A model generated the notes under the pieces. It did not search any database and was not told where the DNA came from. It worked only from the letters and a program-made list of their open reading frames with translations. This document shows, piece by piece, positions 31,404 to 41,337 of a stretch of DNA of 64,000 bases. The first letter of the stretch is position 1. The number at the start of each line of letters is the position of its first letter. Location of the stretch: contig JBHLMN010000027.1 in the NCBI GenBank assembly GCA_048938105.1, forward strand, positions 1 to 64,000, in the 5' to 3' direction. This stretch comes from Promethearchaeota archaeon (GTDB lineage Archaea; Asgardarchaeota; Heimdallarchaeia; Hodarchaeales; Hodarchaeaceae). The translations under genes were made by a program, and so were the position numbers.

Positions 31404-31777
31404 ATGGCTTGTTGTATATTGACCAATCAAAACAGCGTAGACACATTAGAAAATAAAGCTCTATTAAATACGTTTTCACCAAGAGAATCAACTAAATATT
31501 ACTATATTGAGACCGAATGGTGTAAAAGACTTGTATTACGCCTAGTGAAGAGCGATCAATCAGGGAATCGGATGATTGTATATTATAATAATGAAAACAT
31601 ACTAAAATATCTAAAACTTAGAAATAAAGTCTATTAATTCAATCTACATCTAAATCTTCAGCAACTACTACTTCAAAACCTGAAGATAGTCCTTTACCAG
31701 GTTGGTTATTCAGTCTAATCCTATTAACAGTTTTTACCGCGATCAAGACGAGAAGAACAAACAAAAGAAAACCTTAA
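31404..31777 (+). pseudogene. Remnant of a surface protein gene ending in a PG-CTERM-like sorting signal
   Basis: 31637-31777 reads IQSTSKSSATTTSKPEDSPLPGWLFSLILLTVFTAIKTRRTNKRKP*, with no start codon and out of frame with ORF 31404-31637. Confidence 0.55.
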
Positions 31778-31857
31778 TTGTAATTCTTTCTTACAAAGTA
31801 ATCACAGATTTCATTTATTCCAACTTCACTTGAAGAAATTTAATGATTTATTACGAT

Positions 31858-32232
31858 TCAGGGCTTAATCTTCGCAATTTCTTTCTGGATCTCTTGTATC
31901 AGTTTATCATAAGGGCACAAGAGGCATAAATCTATATTCTCTATTTCTTTAAGATCATCGATGTTGAATCGTGTCCCTGTATCGACTAATTGTGGTAGTC
32001 CAGTTGGCACATACACAATACCTCTTCTAATAAGTCGAAAGATTTCCTTCAATATAGCTTTTTTTTCTTTGAGGGTACGAATACCTAGCAAATTCATTAT
32101 GAATCGAAGGTTTTGAGTATCAGTTTCTTTAAAGGATAGTAAAATGAGAGCTCGATCAGCTAACTGATTCATCTCTTCTTCGGTTATCACTAGCTCGTTA
32201 TATGGTTTTCTCTCGGGAGTCATTGTCTTCAT
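31858..32232 (-). CDS. Hypothetical protein, possibly winged-helix
   Basis: 124-aa ORF; ILKEIFRLIRRGIVYV pattern. Confidence 0.55.
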   Translation of the reverse strand: MKTMTPERKPYNELVITEEEMNQLADRALILLSFKETDTQNLRFIMNLLGIRTLKEKKAILKEIFRLIRRGIVYVPTGLPQLVDTGTRFNIDDLKEIENIDLCLLCPYDKLIQEIQKEIAKIKP

Positions 32233-32439
32233 AAATTCCTTAAATTAGTTTAAGAATTCTAATCTACGAATAATAATGTTTTATTCCTTCTTCAGAGCAT
32301 ACTAATCTGTTTTTGAAAGATTTTTTAAACACTCTGGTATAGGCTTTATATATGTGACCAAAAGAGCCTTAAGGTATTTCAACTTAAACATACATGGCAA
32401 AATTTTTATCAAAAAACCAAATATTGAATTCTTTTTTTC

Positions 32440-32607
32440 TTAAAAAAGAAAAGAACTCCTAATAGCCTCCTTTGGCAACTCAGTGATAAGATTGCATTTA
32501 TCATCTATAATGATGGTTTTTCTGTATTTATATTTGTGGGGGGGATTATCAGGATAATAGGTGAATTCAGATTCTACAATCAGTCTTTAAGAATATGTTA
32601 TTCTCCA
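32440..32607 (-). pseudogene. 3' half of the gene interrupted by the IS607 element
   Basis: WRITYS*RLIVESEFTYYPDNPPHKYKYRKTIIIDDKCNLITELPKEAIRSSFLF* continues naturally from ...DAGEG of 34740-34910. Confidence 0.6.
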
Positions 32608-32730
32608 CCGTTCCTTTCATTATAGACATCTATTCCAGTGTCTATCCGTTCATCGATATTTGAACAGAGGCCCCGCGAGGACAGTTGCGCGGGATACCAG
32701 TACCCATATAGGACACTGGCTTTGCTAGTT
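32592..32730 (-). ncRNA. Putative TnpB omegaRNA (scaffold plus flanking guide); 5' end uncertain
   Basis: Four consecutive hairpins: CCAGTGTCC/GGGTACTGG, CCCGCG/CGCGGG, TCTGTTCA/TGAACGGA, ATAGACA/TGTCTAT, then AATGAAAGGAACGG at the inferred element end. Confidence 0.6.
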
Positions 32731-34231
32731 TTAAGTGAAAGCGCTTGTGTTTTTGTTCTTGATACATTCGATAAATGTTAATTGAGGCAATATAGTCACG
32801 ATCAGCTGTGTAGTCACAATGAGGACACAAAAAGAAGCGACCTAGGGGATCAACAGTCTTACTATGTGGATCACGAATTTTCTGACCTTTCGTTCCACAG
32901 CGGGGACAATAACTGGACGTCCATCGAGCACTGACTCGTTTAATTGTAATTCCAAGTCGTTTGGCTTTATAGAGTAACACCTCATATATAGATCCACGTA
33001 ACCAGTTGGAGAGTTTACGGGAGAGACTATGTTTATTTTTAGGAGGATCGTAGGTACGTAAGTCTTCTAGCACTAATATCTGGCATTGCCAAAGCAAAGC
33101 AGCTTCTAGAAGATGATTACTCGCCAGATGGAGGATAAGTTCCCGATACCGATTCAACTTCCGATAAAGTCGCTCTCGCTCTTGTTCACGCTTCCCTTGC
33201 CCTATCCAATCCTCTGGATAAAGGCCGAGTTTCTTCTCCAGGCGTACAATATGATGATACAGTTGTTCGATTCGATATAATAGTTGCTTATTAGGTGACC
33301 AGAAGATGGGGTGACTAATCTGTGACCCAGCCTCACATATCACCGAGGTCGCTAGATTAATGACACCAAGATCGGTTGCCATGACTCGGTTTGTCCGAAG
33401 TAAAAGTCTTTCCTCAGACTTGATTGACCAAGCAAACTCAAGAAAAGGTAGCGATAATCCACCTTTCAGAGTAATGTACCGTAAAGTGGGCAGATGGAGT
33501 GTACTTGTAGGAGCGTGAACTCTTTGATAAATTTTAGACGGAAAAGGGAGTGAAAGAGATACCCAGTGCCAATCGTGTCTGTTTAAGGGGTAACTTTTTC
33601 TAGGAAGTTTCAGTCGAACCGCAATGTTGTCTTTGTCACTATCTAATTGGATAACTTGGCCATCATCGGGAGTATAGGGCAGAATGAAAGACCAAATAGA
33701 TGGTTTAACAATTTGAGTATAAGGGAATCGTGTTAATACCTCGAGATCTAATCCTAGCTTATAATAATATCTCCGAAAGGTGCGTAAGGTCTGCCGAATT
33801 AATACTCTCCGATAATATTTGCCTTCAAAGTTCATCAACGTTAGTGCAACGGTTTTCACCAGTGTATCTAGCTTTCCTTCGACCCCAGTGGCTTGGACGA
33901 TCCTTAACACATCAGTATAACATGCATGTCGTACAGCTTGTGACCGAAGAATCCGTCCTACCTGTTCAGCAATACAACGCCTGATTCGTGAGGGTAGATA
34001 GAGCTGCTGGCCCTGATAGTCCAGTTGAACCTGATTCTCACCAATTACTTTATATGCTTTTTTTATTCTCGTTTTTAAAGTTTCCAACCACTTTTCTGAC
34101 CATAATCGCTCTAATAACTGTTGACCTGCTTGCATAGTCAGTTCTTTAAGATAATCAAGCTGTTGACGGAGCTCTCCTTGTTGTGGTAGCTTTAAGGGAT
34201 AGGATTGTATGGTTTGAGTCATGTCTGACAT
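32642..34231 (-). CDS. tnpB: RNA-guided endonuclease TnpB (long form)
   Basis: RuvC-I ATDLG, RuvC-II VLEDL, zinc finger CPRC/CPHC, RuvC-III ADRDYIASINI. The start may be the ATG at 34222. Confidence 0.9.
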   Translation of the reverse strand: MSDMTQTIQSYPLKLPQQGELRQQLDYLKELTMQAGQQLLERLWSEKWLETLKTRIKKAYKVIGENQVQLDYQGQQLYLPSRIRRCIAEQVGRILRSQAVRHACYTDVLRIVQATGVEGKLDTLVKTVALTLMNFEGKYYRRVLIRQTLRTFRRYYYKLGLDLEVLTRFPYTQIVKPSIWSFILPYTPDDGQVIQLDSDKDNIAVRLKLPRKSYPLNRHDWHWVSLSLPFPSKIYQRVHAPTSTLHLPTLRYITLKGGLSLPFLEFAWSIKSEERLLLRTNRVMATDLGVINLATSVICEAGSQISHPIFWSPNKQLLYRIEQLYHHIVRLEKKLGLYPEDWIGQGKREQERERLYRKLNRYRELILHLASNHLLEAALLWQCQILVLEDLRTYDPPKNKHSLSRKLSNWLRGSIYEVLLYKAKRLGITIKRVSARWTSSYCPRCGTKGQKIRDPHSKTVDPLGRFFLCPHCDYTADRDYIASINIYRMYQEQKHKRFHLKLAKPVSYMGTGIPRNCPRGASVQISMNG

Positions 34232-34728
34232 GCTTCCAACGCTTTTTTTGCACGAAGTCTAATAGAACGTCTATAATAAAGATAAGTACAAAACGACGTA
34301 AGAAAGTCAATTATATCTTGAACCAGATCATCTTTGCATTCCATATCGTTGATAACGAGGATATTTCTGTTTGTAGCCTGTAATGAAGCTTCTAGGTATT
34401 CAAATCCAAATCGAGTTAGACAATCTTGTTGTTTTACTACAAGAGTCGTACTAGAATTGTCTTTTAAGAACCTTAATAATTTTTTCCGTTTACCATTCAG
34501 GGCGCATCCGATTGCTGTGATTTCTTGCGTAATATCCAGACCTTAATTTGCATAATAATCGCTTAATCGCTGCACCTGTCGTTTTAAATCCTCCTTTTGA
34601 TCGTAAGATGAGACACGGGTATGAGTAACTGTTTTTTCTTGTTGTCCCTCATGATTTGTTTAAACAATTATCCTTCCTGTCGGTAATTGTTCTGTTGGAT
34701 GAGGAATTTTCCCTTCTTTATACATCCG
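34219..34728 (-). pseudogene. tnpA: IS607 TnpA serine recombinase, decayed
   Basis: Not in the ORF track. RMYKEGKIPHPTEQLPTGRIIV*...HTRVSSYDQKEDLKRQVQRL...N*...LNGKRKKLL...LTRFGFEYLE...DDLVQDIIDFLTSFC; TAA at 34662-34660 and 34545-34543. Confidence 0.85.
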
Positions 34729-34731
34729 TCC

Positions 34732-34910
34732 ATTTTCCACCCTTCACCTGCATCTGTATGTACTCTTTCAGGCTTATTGATATTATCGATTTCACAATTA
34801 GCATATCCTAAATGACCGCTACCACCAACTTGTTCGCCAAGGTTTTCATCGTAGCTGATCTTGGCTCGAATGATGTTTCGTAGTTCTGATTCTGTAAGCA
34901 TAAGTGTCAC
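34732..34910 (-). pseudogene. 5' half of the hypothetical gene disrupted by IS607
   Basis: ORF 34668-34910 runs into tnpA-derived sequence after GEGWK. Confidence 0.6.
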
Positions 34911-34920
34911 ATTTTATGTT

Positions 34921-35736
34921 CTATTTTTTCCCAATAAAGAATAAATGAGAAGCTGAAGCTGAACCTGTTCTTCTCACTCTTTCCTTTAATAATTCTCCTT
35001 CTTCCTTTAAATTTTTATATTCAGGATGGTCTTTTAATTTCAATAAACGTTTAAGGTCACGATCAATTCCCTTAATTACATAATTAATTATTTCTTCATT
35101 CTTTGGATCCTCACAATTAAATTTCTCCTCACAATACAAGCATTTAACGAAGTGGGACGATTCAATAGTTATGAGCTCCCGTAATTCTACTTTCCTAACA
35201 AATTTTTCTGTTTTTTGTTTGGAAAATGTAAAAGTATGGGGAATATTAAGCAATGTATCGATTTTTGATCCCCAATGATGCTGACCTATATCTGTTAGTT
35301 GTGCTTCTGTTTGTACACCATCACAAAATGGTTCCTGAATAATAAAATAACCATCAGGTTTCAAAACTCGTTTCATTTCGGATAGTACCTCATTAATTTT
35401 CTCAAGGTGATGTAAAGAATGAGCAATTGACACAGTATCAAATGAATCGTTTTTAAATTCCATAATTTCAGCGTTCATTTCTATAAATTTAACAGGTTGT
35501 TTTTCAAACTCCTTTCTTAGGGATTCTATCTCTTTGAATGAAATATCAATACCTACAAAGGAATCATAATCTTTTAGAGTTGTCATCAAGGTATTAATGA
35601 AGTCACCCTTTTGAGTTGCAACGTCTAGTACTTTCCCACCAGAAATTGATCTCAATTGTTCCCCGATTTTCACTGCACCAGAATTTGCTAATCCTTTAGG
35701 GAGATCTTCCATATTGTTATTCCTCTTGATTTTCAA
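34921..35736 (-). CDS. Class I SAM-dependent methyltransferase
   Basis: VLDVATQKG, GIDIS, SFDTV...SLHH...EMKRVLKPDG. Confidence 0.85.
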   Translation of the reverse strand: MKIKRNNNMEDLPKGLANSGAVKIGEQLRSISGGKVLDVATQKGDFINTLMTTLKDYDSFVGIDISFKEIESLRKEFEKQPVKFIEMNAEIMEFKNDSFDTVSIAHSLHHLEKINEVLSEMKRVLKPDGYFIIQEPFCDGVQTEAQLTDIGQHHWGSKIDTLLNIPHTFTFSKQKTEKFVRKVELRELITIESSHFVKCLYCEEKFNCEDPKNEEIINYVIKGIDRDLKRLLKLKDHPEYKNLKEEGELLKERVRRTGSASASHLFFIGKK

Positions 35737-35807
35737 AAGAGTATATAATTTACTTATTCAAAGCGACCTTATAACTCATTGTTTGTATGTAAGTTAATTT
35801 TGGTTAA

Positions 35808-36578
35808 TTAACTTACTAATCCCAAAATATTTTGAATTGAATCGAGAATAAAATCAGGTTTGGAATCATTAGTTAAATCTCCCTCGTGAAATTCACCCGT
35901 ACGTAATAAGATGGATCTAATTCCAAAACTTTGCGCTCCTTTTATGTCAGTAGAGACTTGATCCCCAACCATTATTACTTCTGATTTAGCAAGATTCATA
36001 CTCTTCAATGTCAGCTCAAACATATATGGATTAGGTTTACCAATATATGTTGCTTTTACTCCAGACGCTTTATCTAACATTTGGCCCCATGAACCAACAT
36101 TTAATTCTATTTCCCCCATGCTATGGTCTACAAGTTCAGGTATCATTATGATGAATTTGGCTCCTTTTAATAATAACCTTAACGTTTTATTCAGGTTCTT
36201 AAAATTAAAATTGTTTCTAAAATCACCCATTATAATATATTCAGGACTTTCCAAATCATGTATAAACTGCTTGAATTCATTAATTCCTTCTCTTTCTAGC
36301 ATTACCCAGCAAGATTTGGGATGAAGATTTTGTAGATATACAGCTGTTGCATATGAAGCTGTAAATACCTCTTCTTCAAAGATACAAAACCCTTTTTTTT
36401 TCAATTCATTAGTACAGGATTTCCTGCTTTTTAATGTGCTATTAGTCAAAAATCTTAGTATAAATCCATTATCTCGCAAAGAGTCAATTGTATTAACAGC
36501 GCCAATGCATACTTCTCCCTGAAATTCTAAAACACCATCAATATCAAAAATTAATCCTCTTATACTCACACTCATCAC
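35808..36578 (-). CDS. HAD-superfamily IIA hydrolase (NagD/LHPP-like)
   Basis: FDIDGVL, LTNST, IGKP, MVGDQVSTDI.GA. Confidence 0.92.
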   Translation of the reverse strand: MMSVSIRGLIFDIDGVLEFQGEVCIGAVNTIDSLRDNGFILRFLTNSTLKSRKSCTNELKKKGFCIFEEEVFTASYATAVYLQNLHPKSCWVMLEREGINEFKQFIHDLESPEYIIMGDFRNNFNFKNLNKTLRLLLKGAKFIIMIPELVDHSMGEIELNVGSWGQMLDKASGVKATYIGKPNPYMFELTLKSMNLAKSEVIMVGDQVSTDIKGAQSFGIRSILLRTGEFHEGDLTNDSKPDFILDSIQNILGLVS

Positions 36579-36596
36579 ACTTATTCTGATTAAACA

Positions 36597-37856
36597 TTAT
36601 CTTTGAATCATAAAATAAGAAATCATGTCATATACTAACGAATCCCAACCATAATTTGGAGCTCCAAAACCATGTCCAGTATGAGGACAAAAATATTCCC
36701 AAAAACCGTTTTTTCCTACAAGATTTATTGACTTCTGTGCAATTTCCTTAGCTAATTTTGCTTTATGTTGATTTATTAAACCTTTTATTATCAACCAATT
36801 CACTTGGATCCATATATTCCCACGCCAATATTCTTTTGGATTAAAGAATGGATGGTCTAACGATGTTGTCGGAATTCCGTATTGTGATGCGAATTTGTGT
36901 CTATTCAATAGATATTTTTGAATAATCTCTTCATAATCAAATGGATAATCGAGAAGCATTGGAAAAAACATTGCTGCTGATTCTACCTCTGAGAGAGTAC
37001 CATCTTGAAAAAGATCGCAAAAAGTAATTCCATTATACATTTTACTGAAGATTCTTTTAATTATATGTTGATATGTGGTAGAGTACCAAGAATCATCACG
37101 TCCAATAATAGCACACAACTTCGACATTAATTTCAGATTCCACGCATAGATTACGTTGAAATCGATAGGTTTTACAACAAACTTGTTAAGGTTAAACATC
37201 TCTGAAGTTTTCCAATGAACCCTTTGGTATTCTCCGATCAATTTTGCTTTAGCAATATCAATTTCTGATTGTTTTCCCTTTTTTATTCTATACAACTTAT
37301 CCCAACGTTGAGAATCATCCCATCCACTTTCCCACGAATGAAGAATTGCTAATAAACTATCATTATCATGATCCCTTTTTGTTAAAAATTTGTAATATAA
37401 TTCGAGTTTAGGAACAACGTTCTGAATAAATTCGATGTCTTTAGTAGTCTCAAATATGTGGTGTACAGCCATTGCAATGATAGGAGGCTGAATGAGATTT
37501 GAATGATATGGAGAAGACCAAAATTCAGAGAGGATATTTTGATATTTCTCAGGTACTCTTTGTCCTTCACCAGTGAAATAAATCATGTGAGGAATAAATC
37601 CTTCCTCATTCATGTGAGTGAGAATAGAGAGAATTTCATTTTTAGCGATGTTTGGTTCTCTATCTGCCAGAATATATGCATGAAAACATGAATCCCAGAA
37701 AGCTTGCATTTTAATATAGTGAGGATGACCTTTACTAGCAACTGAGAAGACATATTCTTTAGAAGTAATTCGATTATTAACAAGAACTGAATAGGCTTGT
37801 TCACGAATTTGTCGAAGTTTATTTTGTGTTATTTTCAGCCCAAGCTTACTCTCCAT
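36597..37856 (-). CDS. MGH1/GH63-like glycoside hydrolase
   Basis: FWDSCF, IQPP, WESGWDDS.RWD, YWRGNIW, FWEYF.P.TG.G.GA. Confidence 0.85.
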   Translation of the reverse strand: MESKLGLKITQNKLRQIREQAYSVLVNNRITSKEYVFSVASKGHPHYIKMQAFWDSCFHAYILADREPNIAKNEILSILTHMNEEGFIPHMIYFTGEGQRVPEKYQNILSEFWSSPYHSNLIQPPIIAMAVHHIFETTKDIEFIQNVVPKLELYYKFLTKRDHDNDSLLAILHSWESGWDDSQRWDKLYRIKKGKQSEIDIAKAKLIGEYQRVHWKTSEMFNLNKFVVKPIDFNVIYAWNLKLMSKLCAIIGRDDSWYSTTYQHIIKRIFSKMYNGITFCDLFQDGTLSEVESAAMFFPMLLDYPFDYEEIIQKYLLNRHKFASQYGIPTTSLDHPFFNPKEYWRGNIWIQVNWLIIKGLINQHKAKLAKEIAQKSINLVGKNGFWEYFCPHTGHGFGAPNYGWDSLVYDMISYFMIQR

Positions 37857-38326
37857 ACGGTTATAGCATGTTTGTAAGGAGTTACTTTTTATTTTCCTGT
37901 TTGCTTTTTTTCCTACATGAATATCATAGTTTCTTCTATCTATTTGGTAATCTGCCTAATAACCTTGATAAGGACAAAAATAAATAGATTTAGCAATACT
38001 ATCCCAAAAATCAACAGAAGGAGAAGAAAACGATCATCCGATGACATTCAGGATTACACCTTATGATTTCTCTATATTTATCTGGAAATAAACCTCATTT
38101 TTAGAGAATTTCTCTTTCAGTAAATCTAGGGATTCTGTTGTTAAATGTTGATAGTAGTGCTAATACTGATTAAGGTTCCATTGATTTCGAATTTAATAAA
38201 AAATTGTAGTAATTAGTCCTAAAATTGTACTATTTTCTTAGTAAAAGCAATCCAAAAATTGTACCTCAATAGTTAAAAATGGAGAATTGAATCGATTGCT
38301 ATCAAAGATAAATTCTCCTTAAAGAA

Positions 38327-40252
38327 TTGAGAATAATGGATAAGCGATCATTTTTTAAAATATTACTATTTATTGGGTTAGCAATAACGATTATAGGAAC
38401 TTTTATTCACATTTGTTGTCCCACAGAATTGGATTCAACTCATTTCCATCTCAAGTCTGAAGAAGTGTATGTTAAACAAATTAAAATGGAAAAAACAATC
38501 ATTGGTATTACTTATTATCTACATTTGCGGATTAATCTTCATCCAAACTTTAATGGAACAGATTACTCTAGCCCAGACGCTATGGTCCTAATATTAAACG
38601 AAACGGAATATTTGAAGTTTGAGGAATCCTCAAGTGATCTGGAAGAATTAAAACCAATCACAACAATGGAAAGATTAGATGACTCGTCTGGGTTTACTCT
38701 GAATTTAGAATTGTCCCATTACTTTTCTGAACCAATTCACCTGATTTTCCTGATTTCTTGTTCTCAAACTGAACCACTTTCAGGTAATTATTATCTTGGA
38801 ATTACTGCTTCAACATATTATCTAGGGATTATTATTGTTGTAATTGGTTTAATTATTGTCATATTGACTCTTATCTATTGGTTTTCAGGTTGGAAAAGAT
38901 ACTTAACACTTGGAATCAGTGTCAATGTACTCATTTTTCTTTTTCGGATTTTAACAATAGGTAAATACAACAGTATTGGTATGCAATACGCCTTTTTTGG
39001 TGATCTAATAACTCCAGAGATGTATAATGACTTTGAGTTTTGGTATATGTCCTGGCTTGAACCTTTTTTAAAAGGTGCTTTCCCTTATGATTCTCTATAT
39101 ACTCCAAATCTGAATGAAATGTTTCATTATCAAATGCCACCACTTTTCATCATTACTCTAGGATTATTTGGATTAATCCCATTATTACCAGGATGGAAAA
39201 TAGCTATACCAATGTTTTTAAGTCATATTGCTACTGGAATTTTAGTATTTTTGATAAGCTACAGAAATCTCGATTATTCTGAGGAGGCCTCAACCAAGGT
39301 GATGCTATTCTATTATTTAAATCCGATTTCATTAATTTATGCTAGCTTTTGTTGGTTTAATCCACCAATCTTTACCTTTTTTGTACTTATAACGTTCTAT
39401 CTAATTACGTTAGAGAATAGAGAACTCAGAATAATGAATATTACAGTCACATCATACGATATAGCTTTATTGACTTTAGGAATAGCTACAATGTATAAAC
39501 AATTTGCTGCGGTATTCTTTCCAATGGTTATTATAACTACAATCAAACAAAGGAATATTTCTGATAGGAGTGGTGTTCTCACAGCAATCATACGATATTC
39601 TATGATTTTTTTAACAACTATTTTGATTATTATCCTTCCTTTCATTATGATCGATTTTTCAAAAACAGTAGAATCTATTCTTATTTCAACTACTGAGTTT
39701 GGGATTTGGTGGACAAAAAGAATAGGTTACTCATTCCCAGTAAATTTTAATTCATTCTTCGTAATTCTGGGATTACCTGACATTGTAACTGATTTAATTG
39801 GATTTTTAATCTCTTACTGGATCTTATTAGGAGTATCAGCTTTGACAATTTATTTTTTGTTCTGGTGTGACTTCGATAGATCAAAAATTGGGGAAAATAT
39901 TCTAAAAAAAGTCCTTTTTTTTTGGGTATTAATACTGGTTATCTGTGTCCATTTATTCTATCCTAGAGGGACCTTCAAATTCTATCTAATACTCTTAATC
40001 CCTTTTTTTTCACTCAACTTAAATATAACACATTCTTTTACTGCAATCGATCAATCAATGAAGAGAACTCAAAGTATGATTAAAAAATGGTACCCTATAT
40101 CATTAGAATTTGCTGGATACTTCCTACTCCTGATGATAGTCGTGTTAATAAATCGGTACGTTTATTTCATGATTCTACTCGGATTAATTATCTATATATA
40201 CGTAAAAAAAAGAAAAATTAATTTGAATAATGTTGTATTCAGTATAGAATAA
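38327..40252 (+). CDS. Polytopic GT-C-fold glycosyltransferase (GT87/PIG-M-like) with N-terminal extracellular domain
   Basis: YNDF...Y.MPPLF, YYLNPISL, LGIATMYKQF motifs; many TMs. Confidence 0.65.
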   Translation: MRIMDKRSFFKILLFIGLAITIIGTFIHICCPTELDSTHFHLKSEEVYVKQIKMEKTIIGITYYLHLRINLHPNFNGTDYSSPDAMVLILNETEYLKFEESSSDLEELKPITTMERLDDSSGFTLNLELSHYFSEPIHLIFLISCSQTEPLSGNYYLGITASTYYLGIIIVVIGLIIVILTLIYWFSGWKRYLTLGISVNVLIFLFRILTIGKYNSIGMQYAFFGDLITPEMYNDFEFWYMSWLEPFLKGAFPYDSLYTPNLNEMFHYQMPPLFIITLGLFGLIPLLPGWKIAIPMFLSHIATGILVFLISYRNLDYSEEASTKVMLFYYLNPISLIYASFCWFNPPIFTFFVLITFYLITLENRELRIMNITVTSYDIALLTLGIATMYKQFAAVFFPMVIITTIKQRNISDRSGVLTAIIRYSMIFLTTILIIILPFIMIDFSKTVESILISTTEFGIWWTKRIGYSFPVNFNSFFVILGLPDIVTDLIGFLISYWILLGVSALTIYFLFWCDFDRSKIGENILKKVLFFWVLILVICVHLFYPRGTFKFYLILLIPFFSLNLNITHSFTAIDQSMKRTQSMIKKWYPISLEFAGYFLLLMIVVLINRYVYFMILLGLIIYIYVKKRKINLNNVVFSIE

Positions 40253-40403
40253 GTTAATTTAGATAATCTTTGAATAGAAAATCTTTATTTAACTAACATA
40301 TTCCATAACCAGTCTTTTTATATATTGGCAAGTAGAACTAGTGTTAAAAGAAAACAAATATCTAAGAAGTTTGTTTTTGTTACTATTGGTTGGTTGATTA
40401 AAT

Positions 40404-40613
40404 TTGGATAAAACTCTTCGAATTCTAATAAGTATGCTTTTGTTATTTATTGGTGTTGTTGTTTTACTTATCTTTTTTGTAATTGGATTTCTACTCAGAG
40501 GTTCTGGCTCAAATTCCACTTCTAACGATTCTGTCTTTCCTATTATAATATTGGTTCCCATCTTTTTTGGAGTAATTATACCAATAATAGCAGCAATAAG
40601 AAAGCGACATTAG
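40404..40613 (+). CDS. Small two-TM membrane protein
   Basis: Two hydrophobic helices and a basic tail. Confidence 0.55.
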   Translation: MDKTLRILISMLLLFIGVVVLLIFFVIGFLLRGSGSNSTSNDSVFPIIILVPIFFGVIIPIIAAIRKRH

Positions 40614-40739
40614 TTAAAAACATTTTTAAAAAAAACTTCAGAAACTTCCATTTTACTACCTTTACCTAGTAGGATAGACATTAATTAGTAATGATCTTTC
40701 AATACTTATATTTCAAAGTAGTTAAACTAGTGGAGTAAC

Positions 40740-41303
40740 ATGTCAAAGATTAAAATTAAATCCAATGTTTCCCCTTTTCCAATGCCAGTCGCCATTATTG
40801 GATCACTTGTCAATAATCGTCCTAATTTCATGACTGTTGCATGGTTTAATCGTCTTAATGGCAGACCCCCAATCTGGGGTATAGCTTTGGGGAAGAAACA
40901 ATACACCCTTGAAGGAATAAGGGAAAATAAAACCTTTAGTATAAATATACCTAATGTAGACTTAGTAAAAAAAGCTGACTATTGTGGGATTGTATCTGGA
41001 AGAAAGGTTGATAAATCAAATCTATTCAACATCTTTTATGGAGGGCTAGAATCAGTACCTATGGTTCAGGAATGTCCCCTGAGTTTAGAATGCCGCGTTT
41101 ACGACATCATTGAACTTCCTGAAATAACTCTAGTACTTGGTGAAGTAATGGCAGCTTATACAGAAGAACAATACATGACAGAGGGAAAATTAGACCCAAA
41201 GAAAATTAATCCTTTCACATTTTCGCAACCTGATAACAAATATTGGGCGCTTGGTGATCTGGTAGCCGATGCTTTTAGCATTGGTAAGGTACTGAAAAAA
41301 TAG
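40740..41303 (+). CDS. Flavin reductase family protein (flavoredoxin-like)
   Basis: PMPVAIIG...NFMTVAW, FSINIP, YCGIVSGRKVDK, ECPLSLEC. Confidence 0.9.
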   Translation: MSKIKIKSNVSPFPMPVAIIGSLVNNRPNFMTVAWFNRLNGRPPIWGIALGKKQYTLEGIRENKTFSINIPNVDLVKKADYCGIVSGRKVDKSNLFNIFYGGLESVPMVQECPLSLECRVYDIIELPEITLVLGEVMAAYTEEQYMTEGKLDPKKINPFTFSQPDNKYWALGDLVADAFSIGKVLKK

Positions 41304-41337
41304 GTTGAGGATCATCACCCATATAGACCTATAAGCT

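Larger units (their letters stand above)
32608..34731 (-). mobile_element. IS607-family element (tnpA remnant + tnpB), left end deleted
   Basis: Serine-recombinase remnant coupled to tnpB by an ATGA overlap; higher GC than flanks; bounded by GGTGGA(A/G)AAT at 34741-34732 and 32609-32600. Confidence 0.8.

Noticed and set aside
32642-34231. TnpB as a Cas12f effector, Fanzor precursor or nuclease-dead TldR
   Set aside because: No CRISPR array or cas genes; canonical DLG and VLEDL motifs rather than the rearranged Fanzor-type glutamate; catalytic triad intact; sits behind IS607 tnpA.
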